This document shows, piece after piece, positions 1 through 12,188 of a DNA stretch of 64,000 nt; positions within the stretch are counted from its first letter, which is position 1, and every line of letters begins with the position of its first letter. The position numbers were made by a program, and so were the translations under genes. The stretch covers positions 62,001 to 126,000 of the forward strand of contig JALDZX010000039.1 in assembly GCA_022813865.1 (NCBI GenBank). The letters are read 5' to 3'. The DNA is from Xylographa opegraphella. Its lineage: Eukaryota. A model generated the notes under the pieces. It ran no database searches. It worked only from the letters and a program-made list of their open reading frames with translations, and was not told the DNA's origin.

Positions 1-1542
1 TTGAATGATGGTTTGTCGGTATGTACTGGCTTTCTTATCAGATAATATGTGGTGGCTAACAAAAAGTAGTACATTGGACGTATGCCAGCTGCTTATGCGC
101 AAGACTTCAAGCTACCTCCCGCAACAGAGGCAAACATTCGAAAATTCGCTGAGACTATACTACCACCACATATACGCAGCTCGTTCGAGGAGGACTTTGT
201 CGCCAAGAAGCCAACCATGTACGAGTATATTCACAAGCTTCGGAAGTGGAGAGACAAATTCGAAGAAAAGCTTGATCGACGTACACAGCATCACAGTCTT
301 GAAACTTACAGCCCGCACCTGAGCGAATTCCGGTTCCAAAAGTTTGATGAAGTTGAAGTGCCTGGCCAGTATTTACAACATCGCGACAAAAATCAAGACT
401 TCGTCAGAATCGAACGCTTTCTACCAGATGTTGATCTTGTCCGGAGTATTGGGTTTTCCCACCGCCGTCTCCGGATTCGTGGTCATGATGGAAGTGTTCA
501 TCCCTTCGCTATTCAGCACCCAGCTGCACGGCATTGTAGAAGAGAAGAGCGAACCTTGCAGCTGTTCCGCATATTCAACGGAGTGCTTGCCAAGAGGAAA
601 GAGAGTAGGCGACGAAACCTGAGCTTCTTCTTACCCCTTATGGTCCCATTGGCACCATCTATTCGTTTAGTCCAAGAAGATGCCGAATACATCTCCTTGC
701 AAGGAGTCTACGAGGATCACTGTAGAAGGCACGGACTCAACAAGGACGAGCCGGTGCTATTCACAATGGAGAAGCTGAGAGCAATGGCAGAGATGAGGAA
801 TAACGTGGGTCATTCAGCCTCTTACTATGGCAACTCTGTTACTGACTACCACTCGCAGAAGTATCCTGATCAAGCTCATAATTTGCGTATGGAAGCATTC
901 ACAGCAATACAGGAGAAATGGGTTCCGAGTATCATTGCTCTCGAATACTTCCAGCAGATCTATCCATCATTTGCGGACTTCTGGCTCTTCCGCCGTCAGT
1001 TCTCATATCAATACGCTGCTTTGACGTTCATGACATTCATCATGCACATGAACAACAGGTTCCCTCACAAGATGTCTATCGCCAAAGGTACGGGAAATAT
1101 CTGGGGATCGGAGCTTATACCTGCCATCAACCAAAACAAGCCAATCTTCAGCAACCCGGAGCCTGTACCCTTCCGATTGACGCCCAACATCCAGACCCTG
1201 ATGGGTCCCATCGCTACCGAGGGAATCTATACCTGCGCTATCATGGCGATCGCGAGATGCCTCACCGAGCCAGAGTTCGAGCTTGAGCAGCAGCTAAGCA
1301 TCTTCGTCCGAGACGAGATGATGTTCTGGTTCACGCAGCAGCATCGGAGTGTGCAGGAAGGGCAATTGAGGGAGACGGTGCAACACAACAGTGACCTGAT
1401 TGTACGGCGGGCTACCAGCCTGGCAGAGCCTCCTTCAGCAGGCAATCTACCAGCCAACCAGACCGTCATCGACTTCATCGCCAAAGCGGTGAATCCTATG
1501 TTTCTGGCCCAGAGCGATGCGTTGTGGATGCCATACTTGTAG
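1..1542 (+). CDS. TRA1: 3' end of transcription-associated protein 1 (Tra1/TRRAP, PIKK pseudokinase; SAGA/NuA4 subunit), 5'-truncated by the window
   Basis: Motifs [39 protein letters not shown] and the FATC terminus DALWMPYL*. Predicted introns 19-69 (GTATGT..CTAAC..TAG) and 805-858 (GTGGGT..CTGAC..CAG, 54 nt, in-frame). Confidence 0.95.
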
Positions 1543-3289
1543 GATTGGGCTTTTGGCCCACTGCATTGGGTTCGGGTGGTCGTCGAGGTGTCATTTGTGA
1601 CGGGCGTTGGGACATGTTGGCTTCAGCGAGGCGTCCGGCGACGGAGCGCTTTATTGCATGGGGGTTTGCGACTATGGATGAACGGTTACGGAGGATGACT
1701 TTCTTCACGGCAAAAAGTTGTAGAACAGGGAAATGATTCTCGGTACTTTTGTAATGTGGTACAGGCAATTCAACAGTGGATAGACTTTGGTCGGTGATGT
1801 GACAAGATCTGCCAAGATGAATGCGTAGAACTCCAGATAGTGGAAGGGTGCTCTTCGTGTCAGTGATGCTCCCTATGAACGAATGATGAATTTGGTTTGA
1901 TCGTGTATCGGTATGAATTCTCCGTGTCACACTCCCTAGAAAGCGGTCATCAAAGCCCCTGAAAGTCTCTACTCTGAGTGCCTTACGGGCCCCTAATTGG
2001 CCGCTGAACCAAAACGTTATTTCTGATTTCAGCAAGTGCCCTGGGGGCGGATTAGCGGCCGTTGAGACCGGTACTGTTACCCGTAAAACTGCGAACGTTG
2101 TGGGCCGGGTGACGTAATTCCGGGAAATCGCATGAAATGAGGTAGTTTCTTCCTTCCGTAGCAAAATCATCCTGATCCTAAATTTTTGTTATAAACTACA
2201 GGGCTTTCGTCCTACAACGTCATCCGAGGTCGACGCTCCATCCCTGGTAGAGCATGTGGTCCGCACCTGAACCTGCCAAGTCGGTGTGATACCTATTGTC
2301 GGGCGAGAGGATGCTACAGCTCGTGAGAGTGTCTCTCGCGGCTGTTTGCTGCAGGCATTGATGCCTGGAATCCGGAGGGTGCACTGCTCATGCGGGCCTG
2401 CGGTGGGGCCGGTGCTTGTACTCCGGACTCGTAGATCCGCAGTACTTGACAGTTGATATGGGGCATATATTGATCGTTTCTCTCTTTTTCCATCTGGATG
2501 TATGTGTGGTTCTTGGAATGCAATGATCGAAGTTGTTGTAGGTTGTTGCTGTGCTTGTCCATTGATTTGCAAGTGGAGACTGTCTGCTAGTTTCGTGGGT
2601 AATTAGACAATAAGAGCAGTGAGACCGCTATCTTTGACAGCGAGTGTATCGGTGAAGAGATTTGGTTTCTGACGATAACAATGGAGCTTTTGAGGAGTGA
2701 TTGCGACCTGCTCGATGAGTCTTCGAGTTCAGCAGAGGCCGTCAGTCTTTGATTTCAGCGGACCATCAGTCTGAGATCTCAGCAGAATATCGGTCTCCGG
2801 ACTCCCTACCCTTTCAGTCTTCACATGCGGTCCAAATTGACAGGTCACGGTCGTACCGATCGAAAACTTGGGAAGCCAATCAGAAAATGTCGAGTCATAG
2901 TTTCGAACAAGAGCGGATTAGCCAGAGAGTAAGAATACACCTTCCTGGTTGTTGTTTGGTTTAAAAAAGATGAATTACTGGGACTAAATCTTGCGTTTAG
3001 TGTTCGGAATGTCGCGCTGGAAAAGCTGAATGTAGTGGTCGTCAGCTAAATGGTAGTGGTTGTTTGAGATGTGGAGATCAGGGAATGGTTTGCGACTTTT
3101 CCACAACCACCCTCCTTACGAGACCGCTTTCAAGGAAATTGGAAGTCTGAATGCCTATTTTTAATTGAATTACATCTGGCAAGATTGCAAAATTTCGAGA
3201 CTGCCACCCACCGTACTTCTCCTCAAGGTTGTACCAAAGAAACAAAAGGTTACTATTCTCTAAAAATACGGAGTTTCAGCTCGTTGTCT

Positions 3290-3916
3290 ATGCTATCAGT
3301 ATTTCATAATATTACGAATACTAAGAGCCTTACAAACCCTGCTCCACTGCCTTTTCGCCTTGAATTCGTCCCTTCAGCTAGGAAAGTAAAGCCGCAATGC
3401 TTCAATCATAACTGCAATGGGAAACCGGTTTCAACGTCTAGCAGTTTGCTCCGACATCAGCGTCAGGAATCAGGACGGCCTTTAGTACACTATTGTTTCG
3501 ATTGCTCGGCCGAGTTTCACGGGCAGGTCGCTGCAATATATACCGAATACAAAGAAATCGGAACCACACCAACGAGTATAAACAATCACATATTTTCCAC
3601 GAGCATGGATGACCTTGGGGAGAATAAATTTCATCCTGATGAAGAACCATATGGCAGGACGATATCATCATGCTATGATTCCCATGAGCAAGAGCTGGAA
3701 TTTTACCGGATGCTTTATACTCAAACGACCAAAATCGGGTTGGAGCAGTCCCAGAGAGCTTCATACGTGGAGTTTTCACGCACGCATTACGGCCTTCCTT
3801 TTTCGAGTATAAATCATCCTCGAGATATTACAGCATCTTCAGCTGCGCGAAGGCATATATATAGCAATATCAGAGTTCGTCTCCTTCGCGGCCGTAACAT
3901 ACATGTACCTTCGTGA
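3290..3916 (+). pseudogene. Degenerate C2H2-like zinc-finger fragment, possibly the 5' part of the disrupted gene at 4312-5378
   Basis: KPQCFNHNCNGKPVSTSSSLLRHQRQESG...CFDCSAEF resembles a conserved ascomycete motif I recall as [32 protein letters not shown].CGAEF. Similarity is lost after AEF. Confidence 0.4.
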
Positions 3917-4311
3917 ACATTATCTTAATGAATGGGTTCTACAATGTGACGACACCAAATTTCTGCCGCGCACGATATACGAAGATATTCTGCTTAGTTT
4001 CATCGCTACCATACGAGTGATGCAGCCTTTTAAAGACTTACGCTTACAGTGGTTGTGCGATTGCGGAGAGCCTCGATATGTGCACTGGCAGATGTGGCAT
4101 TCACAGAGGCTTCTACGGCAGCACGTCGTTCCGGAAGAAGCTGTGTATGAGAACTCGACTCTTGAAGAGCGTTCTGATAAAGACCAGCATGACCGTAGAC
4201 TCGGCAGCCGTTTCATGTTTCTACGATACACTTGCATGATATTGTCGCTTTTGGCAACCGGAACACAGGATTCCATCATAACGCAAATCAAGAACGGCTA
4301 TAGGCTACTTC

Positions 4312-5378
4312 TTGGGGGGTTTGGGAAGCCCAATGACTGATGTATGCAAGATGGGGGGAATTTGTCATGGTGTAATTCCTTTTCTTAGAACCATCATGAT
4401 ACTCCGTCCTATACTACATCCCGACAAGAAGCGGCTCACTTGGTCCTGTAACTGCGGTCATACGTCGTTCAATGACTTCATCGAGCTGCAGCCAGGCGCG
4501 GTATCGAAGTACGAGGCCCAGCTCCAAAGTCGTTATAAGGGCCGTGCGTCCAGAGGCAGCCTGCGATGGTGCGTCCACGCACTCAGCTCAATTTCTCATG
4601 GACTGGGAATCTCCAAGAATATAGCCACATCGAACGACCATGATTCTGAGCACCAAGATGCATCTCCGTGGCAAACCACGGAGATACAGGACCAACAACC
4701 AGAATTCTCACAACCGCAAGCCTGCAGCAGCCTGTACCTGCTCCTCTGCCTCCCCTACATGTCCCGGGGCATCAAGCTCATTCAACCAGACCTCCGCGCC
4801 ATTGACTCCGACGCCTCCTTCTTCCGCCTCCTCCAAACAAGCTACACGGCGATAAAAGGCCCATCCGCTCCCGGCTCTCACTCAAAACCGTCGTCGGCAT
4901 CCGCTTCGTGCAGTTCGAGCTTCGCAAGTCCGAGCACGTCAACATTTGCAAGGAGCACGACCTACCGCCCGCAGAGCGCGAGGCCGAGTACAGCTACCGG
5001 CCCATGCCGGCCGAGCTGATCCCCCCGCTCGGCGAGAACTACATGATGCACCTGTACCGCCACCCGGACCACGCCGACGCCATTGCCGCCACCGACCTCG
5101 CGCAGATGCTGAAGAAGCTTGCGGACCGGCTGTGCGTCTGTCCCGTGGAGGGCAGGGGCGTTGGCTGGGGCGTGCTTTTCGTCGAGGGCTGGCATTACAA
5201 TGTCGTGTGCTTGCTCGCTTTCGCGCTGATCCTGCTCGCGAGTCTGGTTTTTCTCGGCTGCTGGGCTGTGTTGCAGCATGATGTGCAGGGTGCGTCGGGC
5301 ATCGCGGCGTATATGCTCACGCTGGCGACGCTGGCGCTGGGGTGCGTGCAGGCGGCGTTTGAGCTCGAGCTGTGGTGA
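4312..5378 (+). pseudogene. Uncharacterised fungal protein with WxCxCG motif and two C-terminal TM helices; frameshifted near 4860
   Basis: Frame 1 gives RLTWSCNCGH...LYLLLCLPY...IDSDASFFRLLQTSY..KG. The coherent continuation IRSRLSLKTVVGIRFVQFEL...PPLGENYMMHLY...GWGVLFVEGW plus 2 TM helices is in frame 3 (GGC CC ATC CGC, one base short), with no intron signals. The 5' end is uncertain. Confidence 0.6.
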
Positions 5379-6097
5379 AACGTGCGAAGCGCAATCGGAA
5401 AACGGATGTGCTGGAGGCAGGGCGATGTCGATGGCTCCCGCGGTTGCGTCCTCTTGGCATTGGTATGCTTCGATGCGCAGCGTGACGCGTACATCCTTTG
5501 CCTTCGCGGACCATACTACCCCGAAAGTAATACTATTTCACTAGCGGCTGACCGAGATCCATAGCCGTTGTTTGGACCAGCGCGCGGAGGGGGGAAGAGG
5601 CTGGCGGGAGGGAGTAGTGAACGGGGAGCTGGTCGGGAGGTTTTTGTACAGTCAGGAATGGGAGGGGTGCGCGCCGGGAATTGGAAGCGTATGACCACGT
5701 TGTAGCCAAGACATGTCTTGTGCTCCGCGAGCGTGTGGCAGCGCGTGGTGGTGGATATCACAGTAGTAGCCTGAGCTGATCAAACACGTTTCTACAATCA
5801 TATACCCGTGCCAGGACGGCCAGAGTGATTAGCTGGGGGGATAGATGTGCATCTGTTGCTTACGTATAGGCTGGAGGTGAGGAAATAGGGGGGAAGGGCT
5901 GTGCAAAACACGCCACCGCGGCATTTTGTACATTTCGAAGATATTTATATTAATTATTTACAACCGGCTTTTCATTATATACCATATCCGTAAATCGTTA
6001 CATTTCGTGCCTCGTGCATTCATAGCTTCGTAGTTATCCCCTGCTCGGCTGTGTGTGTCCGATATCGAGGCGGCTCGGCTGGAACATAGGATTGCTG

Positions 6098-6100
<3 letters not shown>

Positions 6101-6130
<30 letters not shown>
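6101..6130. repeat. (TG)15 microsatellite
   Basis: Perfect TG dinucleotide run just 3' of the DUF6594-like gene stop codon. Confidence 0.95.
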
Positions 6131-6131
<1 letters not shown>

Positions 6132-6156
6132 AGGTGGTGCCGAACGGCACACCAGG

Positions 6157-7778
6157 TCATGCCGGCGGGATGATATTGGAGAGGAAGACGGTCAGGACGG
6201 CGCAGTATCTGCAGCGGCGGGGGCAAGTGTCAGCAGAGGTTTATTAGAGGTTGGTGGATGAAACGAGGGCGGGAGCAAGGGAGATGAGAGGCGACACTGC
6301 TTCGTGGCTGAGAAAGTCATGCATCATTTGAGACGATCGGTTTTCAACCGCGTTGGCTGCGATGCAGCACGCGAGTAATGAGATAATTTTACAAAGAGGC
6401 GCAGGTAAGAGCGCTTTGATATGTGGAACGATTATGTTTGCAGAGCTGAGGGACAGAGTATCGTGGAAGAAGCATGATTATGGAATATACACAGAAACGG
6501 AATCATGCCGATATTGATACAAAGTATTACAAGAGGCTTTGTGTGGGCTCATGGGCTCCACGCACGCAGAAGCATGCTGAATGTGACGGGTAGAAAAAAA
6601 TCGTGCTCCACTCACGCGGCCGTGGCGCCAAAGACGTCGTGCCTTTTGGCGCGCGTGCAGGTGCTCAGCACCAAGCTGAAGAAGAGCGTGAACAGCACAA
6701 TGACCACGATCTTGATCGGGTTCAGCGCCGGCACCAGCAGCAGCAGCACGACGGGCACCATGAGCAGCAGCACCGCCAGCAGACAGACGACCAGCCGCAC
6801 GAGGATGTTGATGCGCGCCTTGCTGTACAGGTGCACGTACGCGTCCTGCGTGCTGTTTCGCTGCTCGGGCGATGTGAAGAGGAGGCGCGTGGCGCGGCAG
6901 GGGATTTTCGAGAGGCAGTCCTCGACGAAGCCGTCGAACCAGCTGCCCTCTTCGAGGTCTGTCAGGGCGATCAGGTCGGATTTGTGGTGGATGAACTCGC
7001 TCTCCTCGGTGCTGAGGGTGGCGTTGTTGGTGAGCCAGTTGCGGACGGACGTGTGGTCGCGCGTGGAGGCGCTTTTATAGGAGGAGAGGGACTTGATGCG
7101 CTCGACGACGTCGACTGTGTTCGGTGATACTTGATCAGCCGGCGGAAACGACGATCACTTTTGCAGTACGGAAAATCACAAACCGTATTCTTTGAGCTTC
7201 TCGTCGATCTGCTGGATCAGGCCCCGGCGATAGCTGCCTTCGCGGATATCGTCCAGTTTCCGGGATTTCAACGCCTTGGGCATCTCCTCCTTGTCTTCGT
7301 CGTCCAGCCGTATCAATTGGTCTTCCAGGTCTCGCAGCTCGTCTTGCCGATACAAGAGGACGCGTTGATGCAGGAAGCCGAACCGGCGGCACATGGCGAA
7401 GTTGTCATCGCTGTTGATGAATGCTGCGAGCTGTGGATAGCCCTCCGGGTGGCTGTCGATACGCTGGATGCGCTCCGCCTCGTCGCACGGCTCGATCGTC
7501 CGCCGGCGCCAGGGCTCGGGGAACTTTTCGGGCAGAGAGACTTTGCGGAGGTAGTCTGTTATACTGCGCTTGATACCCAGCTTTGGAGAGGCTGTCGTGC
7601 GTTAGCCGGTGTCTGGATTGGCAGGAGGGTGAAGCGCTCTACTTTGAGCCTGGAACTCGTCGGCAACGACAGTGGTTCCACCCTGAGACGGCGACTCGAA
7701 GACATCGTCCAGCTCCTGCTTCTCCAGGTCTGTGTCGAGACGTGGTGAAGGTCGTGGTGTCTCTGGTATTGAACCCAT
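6157..7778 (-). CDS. DUF6594-like protein with C-terminal transmembrane helices
   Basis: GYPQLAAFINSDDNFAMCRRFGFLHQRVLLYRQDELRDLE...KLKEY...VFGATAA|YCAVLTVFL is typical of this fungal family. Predicted exons 7778-7643, 7591-7184, 7114-6616, 6208-6157. The first intron has a weak GTAGAG donor. Confidence 0.8.
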
Positions 7779-8415
7779 TCTCACTCGAGTCTAATATGTA
7801 ACGACAGACTTTTTCACTCAATCAAACAATCTGCAATAGCGGAGGTGGTGAGAACTCAAAGAACACGCAACGGTAGATAGGCACCCTATATAGATAGAGC
7901 AAGGCAACATCATTCAGTGAGACAGCTGTCAGCCGGTGGTGCTGAATGCCCGCAGAGGTTTGTGTGAGACTAGCACACGAGATCGGGGCGCAGCAATTAG
8001 TCCGTACAGGGGTTAGTGCGCGTCCCCGGAGGAAGCCACGGCGGGTGCCGGTGAGGCATATTGTCCTCAGCCACATCTTGGCGGATTCTGGCCCGCCTGA
8101 AGCCTTCGTGTCAGCCCGGAAGCGCCCGATATGATGTTGTGCCAGCGTTCCTCACCTGTGAATGGTCGAGCGTGCGAATTGCTACATGGCATCTGATACC
8201 ACCATACTGAAGGTCTGCCAATGCATGAAGCATAGCAGTGGTTTGAGCTACGTTGGGTTCTTTTCGGTTCCTCCGTTGCCATTACTTCCAAGTGAGAAAT
8301 CCCAGTAGATAGCCACCGCCTTCCGACAGAAAGTGACATAAAACACCATTATACAGTACTCCTCTCCAATGCATCTCTGACCAGCTCGCCGTATCGCTCA
8401 CCGCCCTCCACAGTC

Positions 8416-8772
8416 CTATAACGGCTGCAAGTCTCGTTCCTTGGCGCCGTCCCGAAACAACTTCCCAGCCTCCGTTTCAAGTTGGTACGTCCCATCAGGA
8501 TTCACCTTCTTAACAATGAACGGGCCCTGTAAGCCCCGCGCCATCTTCAGGTACACCTGCTGGCCTTTGTCGTAAAGCGTCATTTTCTAAACATGTATGA
8601 GACTGAGTTTCCAGTAGTTGCTACGGGACATTGGGCATACCATGGCGGGATTGGGCCGAGAGCGAACATGAGCGCGGAATTCAGGACCGGACTGCTCATT
8701 CGTCTCGCCCTCGCTCTCTGGCCGCGCGGGCTCGGAGTGGATTTGGGCCTCATCAGCCTGGCTTGCGTCCAT
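8416..8772 (-). CDS. Small (100 aa) hypothetical protein with a C-terminal SH3/Tudor-like beta-barrel pattern
   Basis: Exons 8772-8641 and 8586-8416 (intron GTATGC..TTTAG). Exon 2 reads KMTLYDKGQQVYLKMARGLQGPFIVKKVNPDGTYQLETEAGKLFRDGAKERDLQPL*. Confidence 0.6.
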
Positions 8773-9410
8773 CGTTGCTTCGGGTTTCTGTGGAGGCTCA
8801 GCGTTGGTCTCACCCAGATAGGGATAGGATAGCGATGGGGTTATCGTACTTCAGCACTGTGATTCTGCTCGCTCATAGTGAATATTCCGATCTCTGTCAC
8901 ACTGAATGACCGGGAAATCCGAATGATTTTATCAAACAATGATCAAGTCCGACGCCGAGATAACCACAGTCATTTATATGATCCGGGTGCTGCTGTTTCG
9001 GACCCCACTTCTTTGGTGAGGCTACGGATGCTGCATGTCATCCCCACGCAAAGAGGCTGTGTAACTGGGCGGCTGTGCTTCTTCATAGTAGCACTTCATG
9101 ACAAACCGAGATACTGTGTTTACCGGCCATGACATAGTTCGTGAGCTGCTCGTCGAGCAGCAAGTGGTAGACGGGGCTGACTGTAAGCGGTCTCCTTGCA
9201 AATGGCTCCCGGGTGCTTAAAGTATCGAAAGTGACACGCCTAAGAACCACCGATCGTATACATGTCAGTGAAAGCAAGGCGAAACACCAGACTGCCTGAA
9301 GGCTCTGATTTATGATCAAGGCCAAATCCGTTCAGGCTCTGTGACGGTCTCACAAACAGTCCCTTGGGATCCAATCCTACACATTACGGAACAGCAGCCT
9401 TCGCAGTTCA

Positions 9411-11117
9411 TTATACTTCTTCGCCATTAATGTCTAGATACGGTCGCCACACTCCCGATGCATAGAATATACTACAAATGCTTACTGCAATGGAAAGCCA
9501 GAAGACTATCGTCCTTGCCAACGTCTGTTTCTTGCTATCTGCAATCCCTGTCTGTGTCATGGGCGAGAGCGCATGCTGTCGCTTGTGGTCCCCTTTATTC
9601 GTCAATGGTGGAGTGCCACCGAACTTACCTGTATATAACTTTGTCACCAGCGCTGGTAGTCCAGATGTAAGGTGTCTGGGCCGGCTAAATTCCAAGGACC
9701 ATGCAAAAGAAAAGTACTTCGAAAAGCTGTGCAACTTCAGTTCCGGAGGACGCTCAAATGGTGCTCGCAATTCTTTGTCCGGACTGCAAGGGGCCACTTT
9801 ACCCGTGGCCATATTCACCGGCAGCTTCGATCCGTCTCGGAGGATGGCTTCCGCATCACTCCAGTCTGGAGTTTGAAAATGGTGCGTAGCAACGTTAACG
9901 CGAAGACTTGGTCGCCGTCCTTCCGCATGGCTCGTCTCCTGTAATTCCTTTGCCAGTGCCTTTCGTTGCAGCCGGAGCCGGATTATTTTAATAAACTTTT
10001 TGATATGCATTGCCTTGCGCATGCAATAAAAAAACTCTTGAATTTCTTCAGCAGGTGCATGCAATTTTTCAAACTTGATTTCATCGACGTGGGGAAGATA
10101 TTGGAGGGCTCTGGCAAGCTCGTTGATTTTCGCAGGATCGGGCAACTCCGTCAAACGCAACGTCAAGTCGATAGTGACATGATGTTTGTCGCTAGGAGAA
10201 ACTGGCTCAGACAAAATCTTCAGCGGTCTCAGCCATATTTTACCGAAATCGAAATCAGATTGGTCAAACAGGAACGGTTTGATATCGTCTTTGGTCTGAT
10301 GGTATATGCGCCGGTATAATTCCGAGGTCGGAAACCCTTTAAGATACTTTGCTTGCGAAAGAACAGCCTCTAGTGTATCGCACAGTCGACGAGTGAAGGA
10401 GTCATTATGCTTGGCCGATGGGACTAGTTTGTCCGGTGGTGCTGATGCCATGAGCTCATACTTTCGCCTCCCCAGACCCTGGTTGTCAAAGGCGCAAGCG
10501 GCATAGCAGCAGTCGACAATGAGGAGGATGTCCGTATGCGGAAGTCGGAGACAGCTGAAAGTATCATTGAAGAAGGCCTTCGGATCTCCTTCACCGTCAG
10601 CTTCAAATTTGCTACCCATTGATGTGAGTATAAACAGCTTCATTACAAGGAGACAATTTTGACTAACGCAGCCAACTTAAACTGCTGGGTTTCGCTGCCT
10701 TTATAGCCATGGCCCCCGTAATACACTATCATCAGATTATCAGGACTGTTGTATTCATTCGCAAAATTTGTTACGGCGGCGAGCAATGCTGTGTCAGACT
10801 TGTTCGGGGGAATTTGAAAATGCTGTGTTTCGAAGTTGAACCGGTTTTCAAAGATTGCCTGTAATCGATCCACCTTTTTGATAAGTTAGTATGCAGCGGG
10901 TTGCAGTACAGGCAGTCCCACTCACCTCCGATTTCTTGAGATTCATATCATCGTTTTCCCAGGTAATGAGTAGCACACCCACGCGCGTGTACCCCGAAGG
11001 TCCGTTACGGTAATGGCCTGCAATTGTTTTATTGAAAATGAACCGCGCATCGTCCTTGCTTCTGCCGAAAGCCGTGCGGTGGGCTGGAGCTTCGATATGG
11101 AAATCGAGGGACGCCAT
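9411..11117 (-). CDS. Caspase-like (peptidase C14-type) protease with a C-terminal TM anchor, about 532 aa
   Basis: Exons 11117-10926, 10873-10668 and 10611-9411 join in frame (1599 nt). GYTRVGVLLITWENDD, catalytic His in LMIVYYGGHG, Cys in DILLIVDCCYAA, then ELMASA..SFTRRL. Hydrophobic IVFWLSIAVSICSIFYASGVW near the C-terminus. Confidence 0.85.
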
Positions 11118-12188
11118 ACGGGCTCATTGGTCCCGAGAACGACTGCCAGCGCAGAGGGATGAGTGCTGGATCGGTCATGGAGCTGGTTGATGAATGTCTA
11201 GCAAATCGGACTCTTTCAGCTCGTTAAGCCAAGCCTGGTCGGCCGCACCGCTTTTGTCGCCGCAATTGCATAATCTTGCATAAAGTTTATCCTTAGATCG
11301 AAATGTGGTTGAGTGCTTCCGCGCTAGGATGCTTCAGTCCCCGAGCCGCAATCATGTACACAGTACCTCAAGCCAAATCAAAGGCACGCGAGAAACACGT
11401 AGCCAGATGTTGCTGAGGGTTGTGCCCTAGCGAACTCAGAGAAAACCGTTATGATGGTGTTTATCTAGGATACGAACTATGAGTTCCTTATCCAGGTGAA
11501 TTCTGAAGCCCTATAGCACATTTCCACGATCGGGTTCCCGCCGTGTGAAATACATGGGATTTCGAGAACCCCGTATCAGGGCCGTACGTTTCATGGTCGA
11601 CGGTTGTTTTGATATCGAACTAGTACTTCAAGCAGGTCATGGTCCGAGAAGTGGACTGCTTGGTCTTATATACTGCCACCTTACTTAGACCACTCCGACC
11701 CCAACTTCGGATCATAGAAATAGTAGCTTCCTTCCGTCCCCTAACTCCTAGCAAAAAGCGAGCAGCGCAGTCCTTCGCATCAGGCGCTCGCGTTCGATGC
11801 AAGTCCGAAGAGAACTCGTCGAGAACTAAATGGCGCTAATTCTAGGTCAAGTATAGGGAATCGAGCGTTGCTGTAAGAGAAGTGCATCTGGAGTGCACTG
11901 GGACTGTAAAGCAAATAGTTGCACTGTCAGTTGGAAGATTGGAAATAACAGTCGCAGCATGGACGTATGTTGTCGAGCACCCCTATTAGAGCACTGTTCT
12001 TCTTCGAAACCTTCGAGTGCTTCGAGCTCTTCGGGCACTTTGTGAACACGTGCTGGAAAAGATTCTGCATCCGCGTGTTACAAGCCCGCTATTTGTCGAA
12101 GGGAATGGTCTTTGAAGATTCCTCCGGAAGATTTACGCTGCCACTGACCTCTCCATTATGATGTGACGGAGGGAACCAGTCTCGAATC

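Noticed and set aside
1496..2964. ORFs of 70-224 aa downstream of TRA1
   Set aside because: No motifs, codon bias or splice-supported structure; treated as intergenic.
7602..7604. Apparent in-frame TAA in the DUF6594-like gene
   Set aside because: It falls in the CTAAC branch point of a plausible 51-nt intron (7592-7642), so it is not counted as a lesion, although the GTAGAG donor is weak.
6505..7748. Plus-strand ORFs 6505-7080, 6603-7127, 7131-7748
   Set aside because: Antisense shadows of the GC3-rich DUF6594-like gene.
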